Assembly (NCBI GenBank): GCA_035686305.1 | Contig: DASRZP010000053.1 | Coordinates: forward strand, 3,583 to 67,582 | Length of the DNA stretch: 64,000 nt | Source: Thermodesulfovibrionales bacterium | Lineage (GTDB): Bacteria > Nitrospirota > Thermodesulfovibrionia > Thermodesulfovibrionales > UBA9159 | Direction: 5' to 3' | Shown here: positions 18,826 through 28,069 of the stretch, piece by piece | How positions within the stretch are numbered: the stretch's first letter is position 1 | Layout: every line of letters starts with the position of its first letter | Notes under the pieces: generated by a model | Database searches by the model: none | What the model saw: only the letters and a program-made list of their open reading frames with translations | What the model was told of the DNA's origin: nothing | Position numbers and translations under genes: made by a program

Positions 18826-19200
18826 ATGACAGACTATCTGATAATAGGCATAGGCGGTTTCCTCGGCGCAATCGCGAGGTTTGCCCTTGCGTCGTATGTC
18901 GGCGAGAGGTGGGGAAGGAGTTTTCCCCTTGGCACGTTCGTTATCAATGTGAGCGGGAGTTTCCTCATAGGATTGCTTATGGCGCTTTTTACGGAACGGT
19001 TTATGGTAAACCCGCAGTGGAGACTTCTGCTTGTCGTCGGCTTTCTGGGAGCCTATACGACTTTCTCTACGTTTGAGTTTGAGACAGGGAACCTCCTGAA
19101 AGACGGAGAGATCATGCTTGCAACCCTGAATATTGTCCTGAGCGTCATGCTTGGTTTTGTGGCTTTGAAACTCGGACAAGTGCTTGCAAAAGCGGTATAG
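18826..19200 (+). CDS. crcB: Fluoride ion channel CrcB/FluC
   Basis: IGIGGFLGAIARF...GTFVINVSGSFLIGL...GFLGAYTTFSTF, typical of CrcB. The ORF is open from TTG 18817. Confidence 0.92.
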   Translation: MTDYLIIGIGGFLGAIARFALASYVGERWGRSFPLGTFVINVSGSFLIGLLMALFTERFMVNPQWRLLLVVGFLGAYTTFSTFEFETGNLLKDGEIMLATLNIVLSVMLGFVALKLGQVLAKAV

Positions 19201-19209
19201 GAGAAGGAA

Positions 19210-19926
19210 ATGATAACAGGAGGCCCGGCTAAGAAGCTTACGATTTACACTGACGAGACGGACAAGTTCCATGGAAAACCCGTCTATGAAGTCCTGCTGG
19301 ACATTTTTTTTAAAAAAAAGATAATCGGGGTCAGCGTTTTCAGGGGTATCGCTGGGTACGGCAGCGATGGCGTTTTCCATACGGCAAAAATGCTCGAGCT
19401 TGCGACCAGTATGCCGGTAAAGATAGAGGTGGTGGAGTCAGAGGAGATGATCAACAGAGTCCTTCCCGATGTCTATCATGTGGTCGAAAAGGGTATGGTC
19501 GAAATCACCGACACGAATGTCGTCAAATGCTGCCCTATGGTGGAAAAGAAACAGGGAGAAAAAGGAGAGCATATGAAGCTCGAAGGTAAAGCGAAAATGC
19601 TCAGGATCATCATCAATGAAGACGACAAATGGGAGGGGGAGCCGCTGTATGAGGCGATAGTGAAAAGACTCATCATGACCGATATCGCAGGAGCGACGGT
19701 TTACAAGGCCATCGCAGGCTACGGGCCTCACAAGCGGTACCACAAGAAAAAAACGTTGACAACGCATGGAGAGCTTCCGATCCTGATAACTGTCATGGAT
19801 ACCGAAGAGAAGATCAATAGAGTAATCCCGATTCTGGATGAGCTGGTGGGTGAGGGAATTGTCGTTCTTTCGGATGTAAACATCATAAAGTACACTCACA
19901 GGGATGTGAACGCGGAAATCCTGTGA
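19210..19926 (+). CDS. Tandem DUF190 (two-domain) protein
   Basis: Two repeats of the DUF190 pattern: KLTIYTDETDKFHGKPVYE...FRGIAGYGSDG and MLRIIINEDDKWEGEPLYE...YKAIAGYGPHK. DUF190 is commonly linked to crcB. Confidence 0.8.
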   Translation: MITGGPAKKLTIYTDETDKFHGKPVYEVLLDIFFKKKIIGVSVFRGIAGYGSDGVFHTAKMLELATSMPVKIEVVESEEMINRVLPDVYHVVEKGMVEITDTNVVKCCPMVEKKQGEKGEHMKLEGKAKMLRIIINEDDKWEGEPLYEAIVKRLIMTDIAGATVYKAIAGYGPHKRYHKKKTLTTHGELPILITVMDTEEKINRVIPILDELVGEGIVVLSDVNIIKYTHRDVNAEIL

Positions 19927-19939
19927 TGGTGGTCCGGGG

Positions 19940-21133
19940 GTGAACAAAGAAAAGAGAGTGTTTTTCGGTCTGCAAGAGAATGTCTTCATCACCGGTCTGG
20001 TCAGTCTTTTCATGGACATAAGTTCAGAGATGATCTATCCCCTTGTCCCCCTCTTCCTCTCAAACGTCCTCGGCGTCAATAAGTCAATCATCGGTCTCAT
20101 AGAGGGAATCGCTGAGTCGACGGCAAGCCTCCTCAGGGTCTTCTCAGGATGGTTTTCCGACAGGGCGGGGAGACGGAAAGACTTTATGGTCCTCGGTTAC
20201 GGCATATCGACGCTGAGCAGGCCGATCATGGCCGTGGCAGGCGGCTGGCACACCGTTTTCGGGGCACGGTTCATCGACCGGTTTGGCAAAGGTATTCGGA
20301 CAGCGCCGAGGGACGCGATCATCGCTGAAGCCACGGAGACTGCCTTCCTCGGAAGGGCGTATAGTTTCCAACGCTCCATGGATACGATGGGAGCGGTCAT
20401 AGGACCCGCTCTCGCCTTCTTTTTCCTCGCCTTCTTCTCGAATGACTACAGAAGAGTCTTTTGGCTCTCCGTGATTCCTGGTGTCATCGCGGTTCTCCTG
20501 ATCATCCTTTTTATTACGGAAGAAAAGAGTTTCCAGATCGGGGCACAAAGGCCGAAACTCAGACTCAGTCGCTTCGACGGCAGGTTCAAATTCTTTGTCT
20601 TCATCACAGCCCTCTTTGCTGTCGGGAATTCCAGTGACGTATTCCTCATATTAAGGGCCCAGCACGTGGGTATTCCGGCTGTTATGATCCCCGTGGTTTA
20701 CCTCTTTTTCAACATCGTCTATTCCGTATCCGCAATCCCTGCGGGCATAGCCGCAGACAGATTCGGAAAAGGGAGGCTCTTATTCGTGGGATTCGTCCTC
20801 TTCGCCATTGTTTATACGGGCTTCGGTTTGGCGAAGGATGTTACAATCGTCTGGGTACTCTTTGGCTTCTACGGCCTTTTTATGGGACTTGCCGATGGGA
20901 CGCAGAGGGCCTTTCTCGCGACGATCATCCCTGCCGATTTTAAGGCTACGGCCTTCGGGATCTATCACACTGTCGTCGGCCTTGCCCTCTTTCCTGCAAG
21001 TCTTATCGGCGGGTGGCTCTGGGACCATGTCTCGCCTTCAGCAACGTTTTACTACGGGGCGTCTACTGCAGTTCTCTCGGCACTGTTGTTTGTCGTCTTT
21101 CTTATCACGACTAAAAGGGCCGGGCTGAAATGA
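19940..21133 (+). CDS. MFS transporter
   Basis: About 12 predicted TM helices. MFS loop motif GWFSDRAGRRK between TM2 and TM3. Confidence 0.85.
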   Translation: MNKEKRVFFGLQENVFITGLVSLFMDISSEMIYPLVPLFLSNVLGVNKSIIGLIEGIAESTASLLRVFSGWFSDRAGRRKDFMVLGYGISTLSRPIMAVAGGWHTVFGARFIDRFGKGIRTAPRDAIIAEATETAFLGRAYSFQRSMDTMGAVIGPALAFFFLAFFSNDYRRVFWLSVIPGVIAVLLIILFITEEKSFQIGAQRPKLRLSRFDGRFKFFVFITALFAVGNSSDVFLILRAQHVGIPAVMIPVVYLFFNIVYSVSAIPAGIAADRFGKGRLLFVGFVLFAIVYTGFGLAKDVTIVWVLFGFYGLFMGLADGTQRAFLATIIPADFKATAFGIYHTVVGLALFPASLIGGWLWDHVSPSATFYYGASTAVLSALLFVVFLITTKRAGLK

Positions 21134-21193
21134 TATAATAGACGTCGGCAGAGGGCCTGCCTTCTTGATCACAGATGTTCTTGGAGCACGACT

Positions 21194-22126
21194 ATTCAGA
21201 GATATATTCTTCAAAGGATACTTCTCCTGATTCCTCTCTTGCTGGGCATAACGGCCCTCACGTTCACGCTCACGAAGGCCCTTCCCGGCGATCCCGCTTT
21301 AAGCCTCGTCGGCGAGAGAGCGAGGCCCGAGGTAATCGAGAGCATTCGCAAAGAACTGAATGCGGACGAGAATGTCTTGATCCAGTATGTCGGGTATGTA
21401 AAGCTCCTCATGAAAGGAGAATTCGGCCGTTCCTACTATACGAACAGGAAGGTCGTTGATGACCTGATCATAAAGTTCCCGAACACCTTCCTCCTTGCCG
21501 TCGGTGCGATGATGATAGCCGTTCCCACCGGCATTCTCCTGGGCTTTCTTTCAGCCCTGAGAAGAGGGACGCTCCTCGACAGGAGCATATCCTGCCTCTC
21601 TGTCGTCGGCCTCAGCATGCCGGTCTTCTGGGCAGGTATCCTGATTATGCTCATGCTCAGTCTGAAACTGCGGTTGCTGCCTCCTGCGGGAATGGGCGAT
21701 TTCAGGTTTCTCATTATGCCGTCCCTTACGCTTTCTTTGCCTGCCCTTGCAACATTGACGCGTATCTCACGGACTACGCTCATCGACCTCTTCCCTATGC
21801 CCTACGTGAGGACTGCTCGGGCAATGGGGATAGGGGAAAAGAGGGTGAACGCAATCCACGTCTTCAAGAATGCCCTTTTACCGATCGTGACGGTGATCGG
21901 TCTCGATTTCGGAAGCTATCTTAACGGTGCTGTTCTCACCGAGACGATCTTCGGCTGGGACGGCATTGGAAGATACGCCATGGAGGGAATCATGAAAAGG
22001 GACTATCCCGTGATCATGGGATGTATCCTCGTCGGCACGACCCTTTATGTCCTGATCAACCTCGTCGTCGATATCACCTATCACTATCTCGATCCCAGGG
22101 TACGGCTCCATTCGGGCAATGACTAA
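21194..22126 (+). CDS. ABC transporter permease, DppB/OppB type (start codon unresolved)
   Basis: The conserved N-terminus IQRYILQRILLLIPLLLGITALTF and the EAA-loop region (YVRTARAMGIGE) are both present. The first canonical start (TTG 21239) would cut TM1. ATT 21194 has GGAG 7 nt upstream. Confidence 0.75.
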   Translation: MQRYILQRILLLIPLLLGITALTFTLTKALPGDPALSLVGERARPEVIESIRKELNADENVLIQYVGYVKLLMKGEFGRSYYTNRKVVDDLIIKFPNTFLLAVGAMMIAVPTGILLGFLSALRRGTLLDRSISCLSVVGLSMPVFWAGILIMLMLSLKLRLLPPAGMGDFRFLIMPSLTLSLPALATLTRISRTTLIDLFPMPYVRTARAMGIGEKRVNAIHVFKNALLPIVTVIGLDFGSYLNGAVLTETIFGWDGIGRYAMEGIMKRDYPVIMGCILVGTTLYVLINLVVDITYHYLDPRVRLHSGND

Positions 22127-22913
22127 GTTCATCGGCATTATGCTCTTGAGTGTTATCCTGGTGTCGGTCCTGGCACCCCTTCTGTCACCCTACGATCCTG
22201 AGGAGATCAACCTTGACGAACTGAGAAGGCCGCCTTCCTTAAGGCACCCTTTCGGCACTGACAACAAGGGGAGGGACGTACTTTCAAGGGTCCTGTATGG
22301 AGGGAGGATCTCTCTTTCCGTGGCAGGCATTGCAGCAACCCTTTCCCTGGGCATAGGACTCCTCGTGGGGCTGGCATCGGGTTATGCCGGTGAAAAAATC
22401 GATACCGTGATCATGGTATTCGTCGATTTCATCCTTGCCTTTCCTTCTTTGCTCCTTGCTATCGGGGTCTCAGTAATCCTCCCGCCGGGCGTCTATACCG
22501 TTATGATCGCCATAGCCTCAGTAGGCTGGGCGTCATTTGCAAGACTCGTGAGGGGCCATGTCTTGTCCCTGCGGAGTATGCCTTTCATCGAGGCCGCTCG
22601 GGCCATCGGCTGCAGTCCGCAGAGGATACTCCTTGTCCATCTCCTGCCGCAATGCGTTCCCCTTGTCATTGTCATGATGGGAGTGAGGATTGGAGGCTAC
22701 ATCCTGACCGAGGCTGCGCTAAGTTTCCTCGGCCTCGGCGCTCAGCCCCCGACGCCTACGTGGGGCTCCATGATCAGCGCCAACAGGGTCTTTGTCGTTT
22801 CCGCGCCGTGGATGGTGATCTTCCCGGGGCTCGCGATAACAGCAACGTCTCTCTGTTTCAATATGCTGGGAGATATCCTGAGGGACAAATACGGGCTGAA
22901 GATAAGCGGGTAA
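22119..22913 (+). CDS. ABC transporter permease, DppC/OppC type
   Basis: PFGTDNKGRDVLSRVLYGGRISL and FIEAARAIGCS (EAA loop). Overlaps the upstream permease by 8 nt. Confidence 0.88.
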   Translation: MTKFIGIMLLSVILVSVLAPLLSPYDPEEINLDELRRPPSLRHPFGTDNKGRDVLSRVLYGGRISLSVAGIAATLSLGIGLLVGLASGYAGEKIDTVIMVFVDFILAFPSLLLAIGVSVILPPGVYTVMIAIASVGWASFARLVRGHVLSLRSMPFIEAARAIGCSPQRILLVHLLPQCVPLVIVMMGVRIGGYILTEAALSFLGLGAQPPTPTWGSMISANRVFVVSAPWMVIFPGLAITATSLCFNMLGDILRDKYGLKISG

Positions 22914-22916
22914 AGG

Positions 22917-23591
22917 TTAGAAACCTCTGATCTTCTCTTCCTCTTCCTGTTCCGTCTTGCAGTATATACACATCGTCGTGACCGGCCTTGCCTCAAGCCT
23001 CTTCACGTCGATCTCCTGTCCGCAAACCTCACAGGTACCGAAGGAACCGCTTTCGATCTTCTCTATTGCCTCTTCAATTTTCTTGAGAAGTCTCTGTTCC
23101 CTTTCCCTGAGACGGAGCATGAAGTTGCGATCGATCTCTGCGCTTGCCTGGTCACCGAGGTCGGGGAATGTCGTCTGACCGGGGAGTGAGTTGAGTGCCT
23201 CTTCGGCTTCGCAGAGGATGACGGACCTCTGCTCCAACAACATCTTCTTTATGTCTTGCAACTTTTTTTCTCTCAACTGATGCTTCTGCTGTCCCCTGGT
23301 TTCCGGTTTCGAGGGAGCAACGTTCCTGGCAACCTTCCCGGAAGTGCTTTTCTTAGGTTCAGCCTTTCCACGGGCAAACCTCTTGGAAACAGCCCTTTCC
23401 GTCTTCTTTGTCTTTGCCGGCTGCGATGCTGTGACCTTCTTTGTCGTTTTTTTCATCTTCAGGGCCGTTTTCTTCTGAGCGGTTGTCTTTGGACGGGTCT
23501 TTTTCGACGCCGTCATCTCGGTAGTCCTTCCGGCAGTCGCCTTGCCCGCACTTCCTTTCTTTGCTGTCTTCTGAATCGTTTTTTTTGCCAT
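22917..23591 (-). CDS. DksA/TraR-family zinc-finger protein with lysine-rich N-terminal extension
   Basis: The C-terminal half has the DksA coiled-coil tip FPDLGDQASAE (DxxDxA) and the C4 finger CEVCGQEI...CIYC. The first ~110 residues are K/A/T-rich (KKTAKKGSAGKATAG...KKTTKKVTASQPAKTKK). Confidence 0.8.
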   Translation of the reverse strand: MAKKTIQKTAKKGSAGKATAGRTTEMTASKKTRPKTTAQKKTALKMKKTTKKVTASQPAKTKKTERAVSKRFARGKAEPKKSTSGKVARNVAPSKPETRGQQKHQLREKKLQDIKKMLLEQRSVILCEAEEALNSLPGQTTFPDLGDQASAEIDRNFMLRLREREQRLLKKIEEAIEKIESGSFGTCEVCGQEIDVKRLEARPVTTMCIYCKTEQEEEEKIRGF

Positions 23592-23727
23592 AACGTCTCC
23601 CCAAAAAAGCGTTCTGTAAGACTAGCACAAAAAGAAAAACTTCGTCAACACCGGCACAGTCAAAGAACATTTTTTCTCACAAAAGGCCGGGGTTTATGGT
23701 AAAATAAAAATCGTTTGGATATTCTTT

Positions 23728-25197
23728 ATGAACATTACCATTAAGCATGTAAAGGAGACCGATCATCCTTGTGATGCCCTCATTCTTCCGCTCTGTGAGG
23801 GTGAAAGGATAGCTCCCTATCAAGATATCGATGGCGCCCTGAACGGTTCACTCGGCAAGATCATGGCATCAAGGGACTTCTCAGGCAAGCTGAACCAGGC
23901 TTCTCTTGTCCATACCCTGAATGCCATTAAGCCCAGGAGGGTCCTTCTCGTAGGCATGGGCAAAAGGGGAGAACTCAGCAGCGAAAGGATCAGGCAGGCA
24001 GGTGGCAAGGCCGCTTCGTACCTTGACGGTCTTAATCTGAGGAGCGCTTCCCTCGCAGTCCGTTACATCCTTTCCATAAAGGCCTCACCCGTCCCCTTTG
24101 TTGAAGGAGCTCTTCTGTCTCTCTATAAGTTCAGGAAGTATAAAGAGGACAAGAGTCAGAACGGTCTCGAAGCCCTGACGGTACTGGGTAAGTATGAAAA
24201 GGCCTTCCATGATTCGATCCGATGGGCAGAGAAGATCTCCTCTGCCGTGCATTTTGCCCGTGACCTCGTCAATAGCCCGTCGAACGATATGACGCCTTCA
24301 GTCCTGGCAAGGGTCGCAAGGGGCATTGGCAGGGGCAAGGTCTCGGTCAAGGTCCTCGACAGGGATGATGCTGAAAGGGAAGGGATGGGGGCGTACCTGT
24401 CGGTTGCGAAGGGTTCGGGGGAGCCGTGCCGTTTTATCGTTCTGAAATACAGCGGCGGCGAGGGAGCGCCTGTTGTCTTGATCGGCAAGTCCATTACCTT
24501 TGACAGCGGCGGTATTTCGATAAAGCCGAGCGAAGGGATGGAGCGGATGAAGTACGACATGGCAGGAGGGGCAGCTGTCCTTGCCCTCATCAGAGTTGCG
24601 TCGGAAGGGAATCTTCGTCTCAATCTCGTCGGGATACTGCCTGCTGCAGAGAACCTCCCCGGAGGCAGGGCATCGAAGCCCGGAGATATTGTGAGGGCGA
24701 TCAGCGGGAAGACGATCGAGATCATCAACACCGACGCAGAAGGACGGCTTGTTCTGGCAGACGCCATCGGCTATGCACAAAAGATGAAGCCGCGGGCTAT
24801 AATAGATATAGCAACATTAACGGGTGCGTGTTCTGTTGCCCTGGGGAATGAGGCAATCGCAATGATGGGCAATGATGAAGGATTGATGAGCGGATTAAAG
24901 ACAGCAGGTGAGAAGACCCATGAGCGCGTCTGGCAGATGCCGCTCTTCGATGAGTACCTTGAGTATATAAAAAGCGATATTGCAGACATAAAGAATAGCG
25001 GCGGCAAGACAGGGTCCCTCGTCACTGCCGGATACTTCCTGAAGGAGTTCGCCGGCAAGACGCCCTGGGTTCATCTCGACATTGCCGGTACTGCCTGGGC
25101 TGAAAAGGACAAGCCCTATATACCGAAGGGAGCCTCGGGTGTCGGGGTGAGACTCCTATCACAGTTCTTAAAGGAGTGTATTCATGAAGATTCTTAA
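23728..25197 (+). CDS. pepA: Leucyl aminopeptidase (M17)
   Basis: VLIGKSITFDSGGISIKP, MKYDMAGGAAV, and the NTDAEGRLVLAD signature. Confidence 0.93.
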   Translation: MNITIKHVKETDHPCDALILPLCEGERIAPYQDIDGALNGSLGKIMASRDFSGKLNQASLVHTLNAIKPRRVLLVGMGKRGELSSERIRQAGGKAASYLDGLNLRSASLAVRYILSIKASPVPFVEGALLSLYKFRKYKEDKSQNGLEALTVLGKYEKAFHDSIRWAEKISSAVHFARDLVNSPSNDMTPSVLARVARGIGRGKVSVKVLDRDDAEREGMGAYLSVAKGSGEPCRFIVLKYSGGEGAPVVLIGKSITFDSGGISIKPSEGMERMKYDMAGGAAVLALIRVASEGNLRLNLVGILPAAENLPGGRASKPGDIVRAISGKTIEIINTDAEGRLVLADAIGYAQKMKPRAIIDIATLTGACSVALGNEAIAMMGNDEGLMSGLKTAGEKTHERVWQMPLFDEYLEYIKSDIADIKNSGGKTGSLVTAGYFLKEFAGKTPWVHLDIAGTAWAEKDKPYIPKGASGVGVRLLSQFLKECIHEDS

Positions 25198-25912
25198 GAT
25201 CACGCTTTTTCTCTCTATCCTTTTTCTCCCGTCCCTTGCCTTTGCATGGGGACCCCTTACCCACATCTATCTCGGGAGTGAGATTTTCTCCCTCGGTTCG
25301 CTCTTGCCTGCCGGTATCTATGCCCTCATACGGAAATACCGGCATGATTATCTCTATGGCAACCTCATGGCCGATATCATCATAGGCAAGAAATTCCTGC
25401 CGGAAGACAAGAACCCCCACAGTTGGGATATGGCTCTGAACCTCCTTGATGCCGTCGAGACGCAGCAGCAGAAGGCCTTTGTTTTCGGGTACATGAGCCA
25501 TCTTGCCGCTGATACGATCGCTCATGGAAAGTTCGCGAGCAGCAGGAGAAATATCGAACATACCCTTGTTGAGATGCGGGCGGACAGCATCATTGACAAA
25601 CGGTACTGGTTCCAGGCGATCAGCATCGACAGGAAGGTTCAGATGAGAAACGATCGCTTTCTTGAGCGGTCTCTCGAACGGGTATTGTTTTCTTTCAAGA
25701 CGAACAAGAGGATATTCAAGGGCATGCTCCTTCTTTCCTGTTTCAACAAGGAGAGGCTCGGTGAGTTTATCCAGAGGAATGCCGTTTACCCTTCGGACCT
25801 GACGAGGAACAACATTGAGCAACTCCACCTTGAATCTCTTGACCGTATCATCGATATCCTCAGCAACGGCACTGAGTCGGAAGTATTGTCCCAAAACCCC
25901 ATGGTCTCCTAG
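25184..25912 (+). CDS. Zinc-dependent phospholipase C-like family protein, secreted
   Basis: Signal peptide, then AWGPLTH. The His/Asp clusters YLYGNLMADI and GYMSHLAADTIAH are typical of this family. Overlaps pepA by 14 nt. Confidence 0.65.
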   Translation: MKILKITLFLSILFLPSLAFAWGPLTHIYLGSEIFSLGSLLPAGIYALIRKYRHDYLYGNLMADIIIGKKFLPEDKNPHSWDMALNLLDAVETQQQKAFVFGYMSHLAADTIAHGKFASSRRNIEHTLVEMRADSIIDKRYWFQAISIDRKVQMRNDRFLERSLERVLFSFKTNKRIFKGMLLLSCFNKERLGEFIQRNAVYPSDLTRNNIEQLHLESLDRIIDILSNGTESEVLSQNPMVS

Positions 25913-26022
25913 CGTCCATAACCAATGCTCCCTGAGCTGTAAAGAAGCCGAAGGCATGCTCATCATGCATTCCGTACAACCGAAGACTTATTCCCTGTCA
26001 CTCGTGACCGGTCACTGTTTTT

Positions 26023-27273
26023 ATGCGTGATATGCTCGGGAGGGAAGACGCAATCTCTGTTGCAGAAGCTCAGAGACGCATGATGGGGCACAGTACTTTG
26101 AGGGAGCCTGAAGCCCTCAACCTTTCTGTCGATCATGGCTATGGGCGGATTCTGTCTCAAGACGTTTTTTCGCCCGAAGATATGCCAGGTTTTTCACGCT
26201 CTACCGTTGACGGCTATGCGGTGAAATCTTCCGACACCTTTGGCGCGAGCGAAGGACTCCCTGCGTATCTCACCATGGCCGGTGAAATTCTCATGGGGGA
26301 GGAGCCCTCTTTCAAACAGAGGAAGGGGACGGCGGTGAAGATATCGACAGGCGGCATGCTTCCTGAAGGTGCTGACGCCGTTGTCATGCTCGAGCATTCT
26401 CAGTCTGTGGATAATAGTCTTATCGAGATATTCAGGCCCGTGGGACCCCGGGAGAATGTGATTACTGCCGGTGAGGACATGAAGAAGGGCGACCTCTTAT
26501 TGAAGAAGGGGAGCATACTCAGGCCCCAGGATATCGCCGCCCTTGCGGGGGTCGGCGCACAGTCGGTGATGGTCTATGAGAAGCCGAGGGTTTCGATCAT
26601 TTCGACGGGAGATGAAATTGTCACCATCGAGAGTCCCTTGCGCCCCGGTCAGGTGCGGGACATAAACTCATTCAGTCTTGCAGGGCTCATCCAGGAGGAG
26701 GGCGGGGTGCCGGTGAAGAAGGGGATCCTCAGGGATGTCTATGAAGAGATACGCCGGGCTGTTCAGGAGTCCCTCGATGAATGCGACATGGTTCTCATTA
26801 CCGGCGGCAGTTCAGTCGGCGCGAGGGACATGACAGGAGAGATCATTAACAGCCTCGGCTCGCCCGGGGTCCTCTTTCACGGCGTCGCCCTGAAGCCCGG
26901 TAAGCCGACTATTGGTGCTGTCCTCAAGGGAATCCCTGTTTTCGGTCTTCCCGGGCATCCGGCGGCAGTGGTTGTCTGCTTTGATATTTTCATTAAACCC
27001 ATATTGAGGGTCTTATCCGGCAGAAGAATAAAGAGCTGGGAGGGTCGGGGAAGGGTGAGGGCGAGACTGACAAAGAACATCTCATCAACCGTAGGGAGGG
27101 AAGAACATATCAGGGTCTCTCTTGAAGAGAAGGACGGAGCGCTCTGTGCCCTGCCGGTGCTCGGCAAGTCGGGGCTTATCAGGACCCTCGTGAAGGCTGA
27201 CGGAACAATCGTTATCCCTCCCGAGGCGCGTGGCATTGAGGAAGGCGCTATCGTTGATGTGATTCTTTTCTAA
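26023..27273 (+). CDS. moeA: Molybdopterin molybdenumtransferase MoeA
   Basis: SRSTVDGYAV, ISTGGMLPEGADAVV, VSIISTGDEI, LITGGSSVGARD, and PGKPT. Confidence 0.9.
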   Translation: MRDMLGREDAISVAEAQRRMMGHSTLREPEALNLSVDHGYGRILSQDVFSPEDMPGFSRSTVDGYAVKSSDTFGASEGLPAYLTMAGEILMGEEPSFKQRKGTAVKISTGGMLPEGADAVVMLEHSQSVDNSLIEIFRPVGPRENVITAGEDMKKGDLLLKKGSILRPQDIAALAGVGAQSVMVYEKPRVSIISTGDEIVTIESPLRPGQVRDINSFSLAGLIQEEGGVPVKKGILRDVYEEIRRAVQESLDECDMVLITGGSSVGARDMTGEIINSLGSPGVLFHGVALKPGKPTIGAVLKGIPVFGLPGHPAAVVVCFDIFIKPILRVLSGRRIKSWEGRGRVRARLTKNISSTVGREEHIRVSLEEKDGALCALPVLGKSGLIRTLVKADGTIVIPPEARGIEEGAIVDVILF

Positions 27274-27385
27274 AGTGAGCAAAAAGGTTTTACCCTTTTG
27301 AACATCACCATCATGAGATTGTCTTATTGTAAATCAAGGGGTTAAAAAACGATAGGCAAGAAATGAAGGAGGGATATTTTTTCTC

Positions 27386-27414
27386 TTGACAAATTACGAT
27401 AGTAATACTATACT
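27386..27414 (+). promoter_or_regulatory. Near-consensus sigma-70 promoter
   Basis: TTGACA (27386-27391), a 17-nt spacer, then TATACT (27409-27414). Lies upstream of the 27543 ORF. Confidence 0.55.
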
Positions 27415-27542
27415 AGTACTATAAGAGGACAGTTGAAATGAAGATCTGCGGTGTTGAAGGGATACCAAGGTGCTTACAGAAGGAATGAAAGACTGACGGA
27501 CTCGTGGAGACCCAAAGAGTTCGTCGCGGAAAGGAGGTGCAG

Positions 27543-27953
27543 ATGAAAGAACCGCTTGAGAAAAAAGGCAGTACAACGAGTAAGGAAGTGGCAGGAGCTC
27601 TCCCGGAAGGGAAAGCCTCTCACAAAGAACCAATAAAGCCAATAACAAAAAAAGGAGATCTAACAATGGAAGCAACAAACTATCCAGGCTTTGATGTCAA
27701 GACCGTCAGCGAGAATGTTTTGAAGGCAGTGAAGTTTTCTCTCGATACGACATTCGACAATGTCTCCAAGGTGCAGGAGTTCAATGACAAGATCGTCAAA
27801 GAGATGATCAACGCGAACAAACAGATTCAGGCCGGTACAGAGAAGATCATGGGCGAATGGCTCGCTAATGGGAAGAAGGGCCTCGATGAATACAGGAAGG
27901 TCGTTGAAGAAGGCTACAAGAGATTTGAAGAGCTTATGACGACCCCGAAATAA
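27543..27953 (+). CDS. Hypothetical small helical protein (phasin-like appearance, unverified)
   Basis: AAGGAGG lies 5 nt before ATG 27543. An alternative ATG at 27666 also has GGAG upstream. The C-terminal ~95 aa is predicted helical (FDNVSKVQEFNDKIVKEMINANKQIQ...). I recognise no motif with certainty. Confidence 0.5.
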   Translation: MKEPLEKKGSTTSKEVAGALPEGKASHKEPIKPITKKGDLTMEATNYPGFDVKTVSENVLKAVKFSLDTTFDNVSKVQEFNDKIVKEMINANKQIQAGTEKIMGEWLANGKKGLDEYRKVVEEGYKRFEELMTTPK

Positions 27954-27968
27954 GACATCTTTCGGTCC

Positions 27969-28011
27969 GATGAAATGGGGATAGAACTATCCCCATTTCA
28001 TCCTCTTTCTT
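27969..28011. terminator. Bidirectional hairpin terminator between convergent genes
   Basis: Perfect 15-bp stem GATGAAATGGGGATA / TATCCCCATTTCATC with a GAAC loop (27969-28002), followed by the T-rich CTCTTTCTTT. Confidence 0.7.
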
Positions 28012-28069
28012 TACTCATTTCATCAGTTTTTCCGACAAGGACCGACAAAAGAACTAAGAAGTCCTTTGG

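Noticed and set aside
21175-21459. 94-codon ORF starting at ATG 21175.
   Set aside because: It is out of frame with the conserved DppB-type N-terminus and TM1, and its product is hydrophilic and Arg/Ser-rich. It is only relevant as a possible frameshift donor (see the finding on the DppBC permease pair).
25022-25966. 314-codon minus-strand ORF covering the phospholipase-C-like gene.
   Set aside because: The plus-strand ORF has a signal peptide and the AWGxxTH / HLAAD metal motifs of the Zn-PLC-like family, and it is coupled to pepA. The antisense ORF has no motifs.
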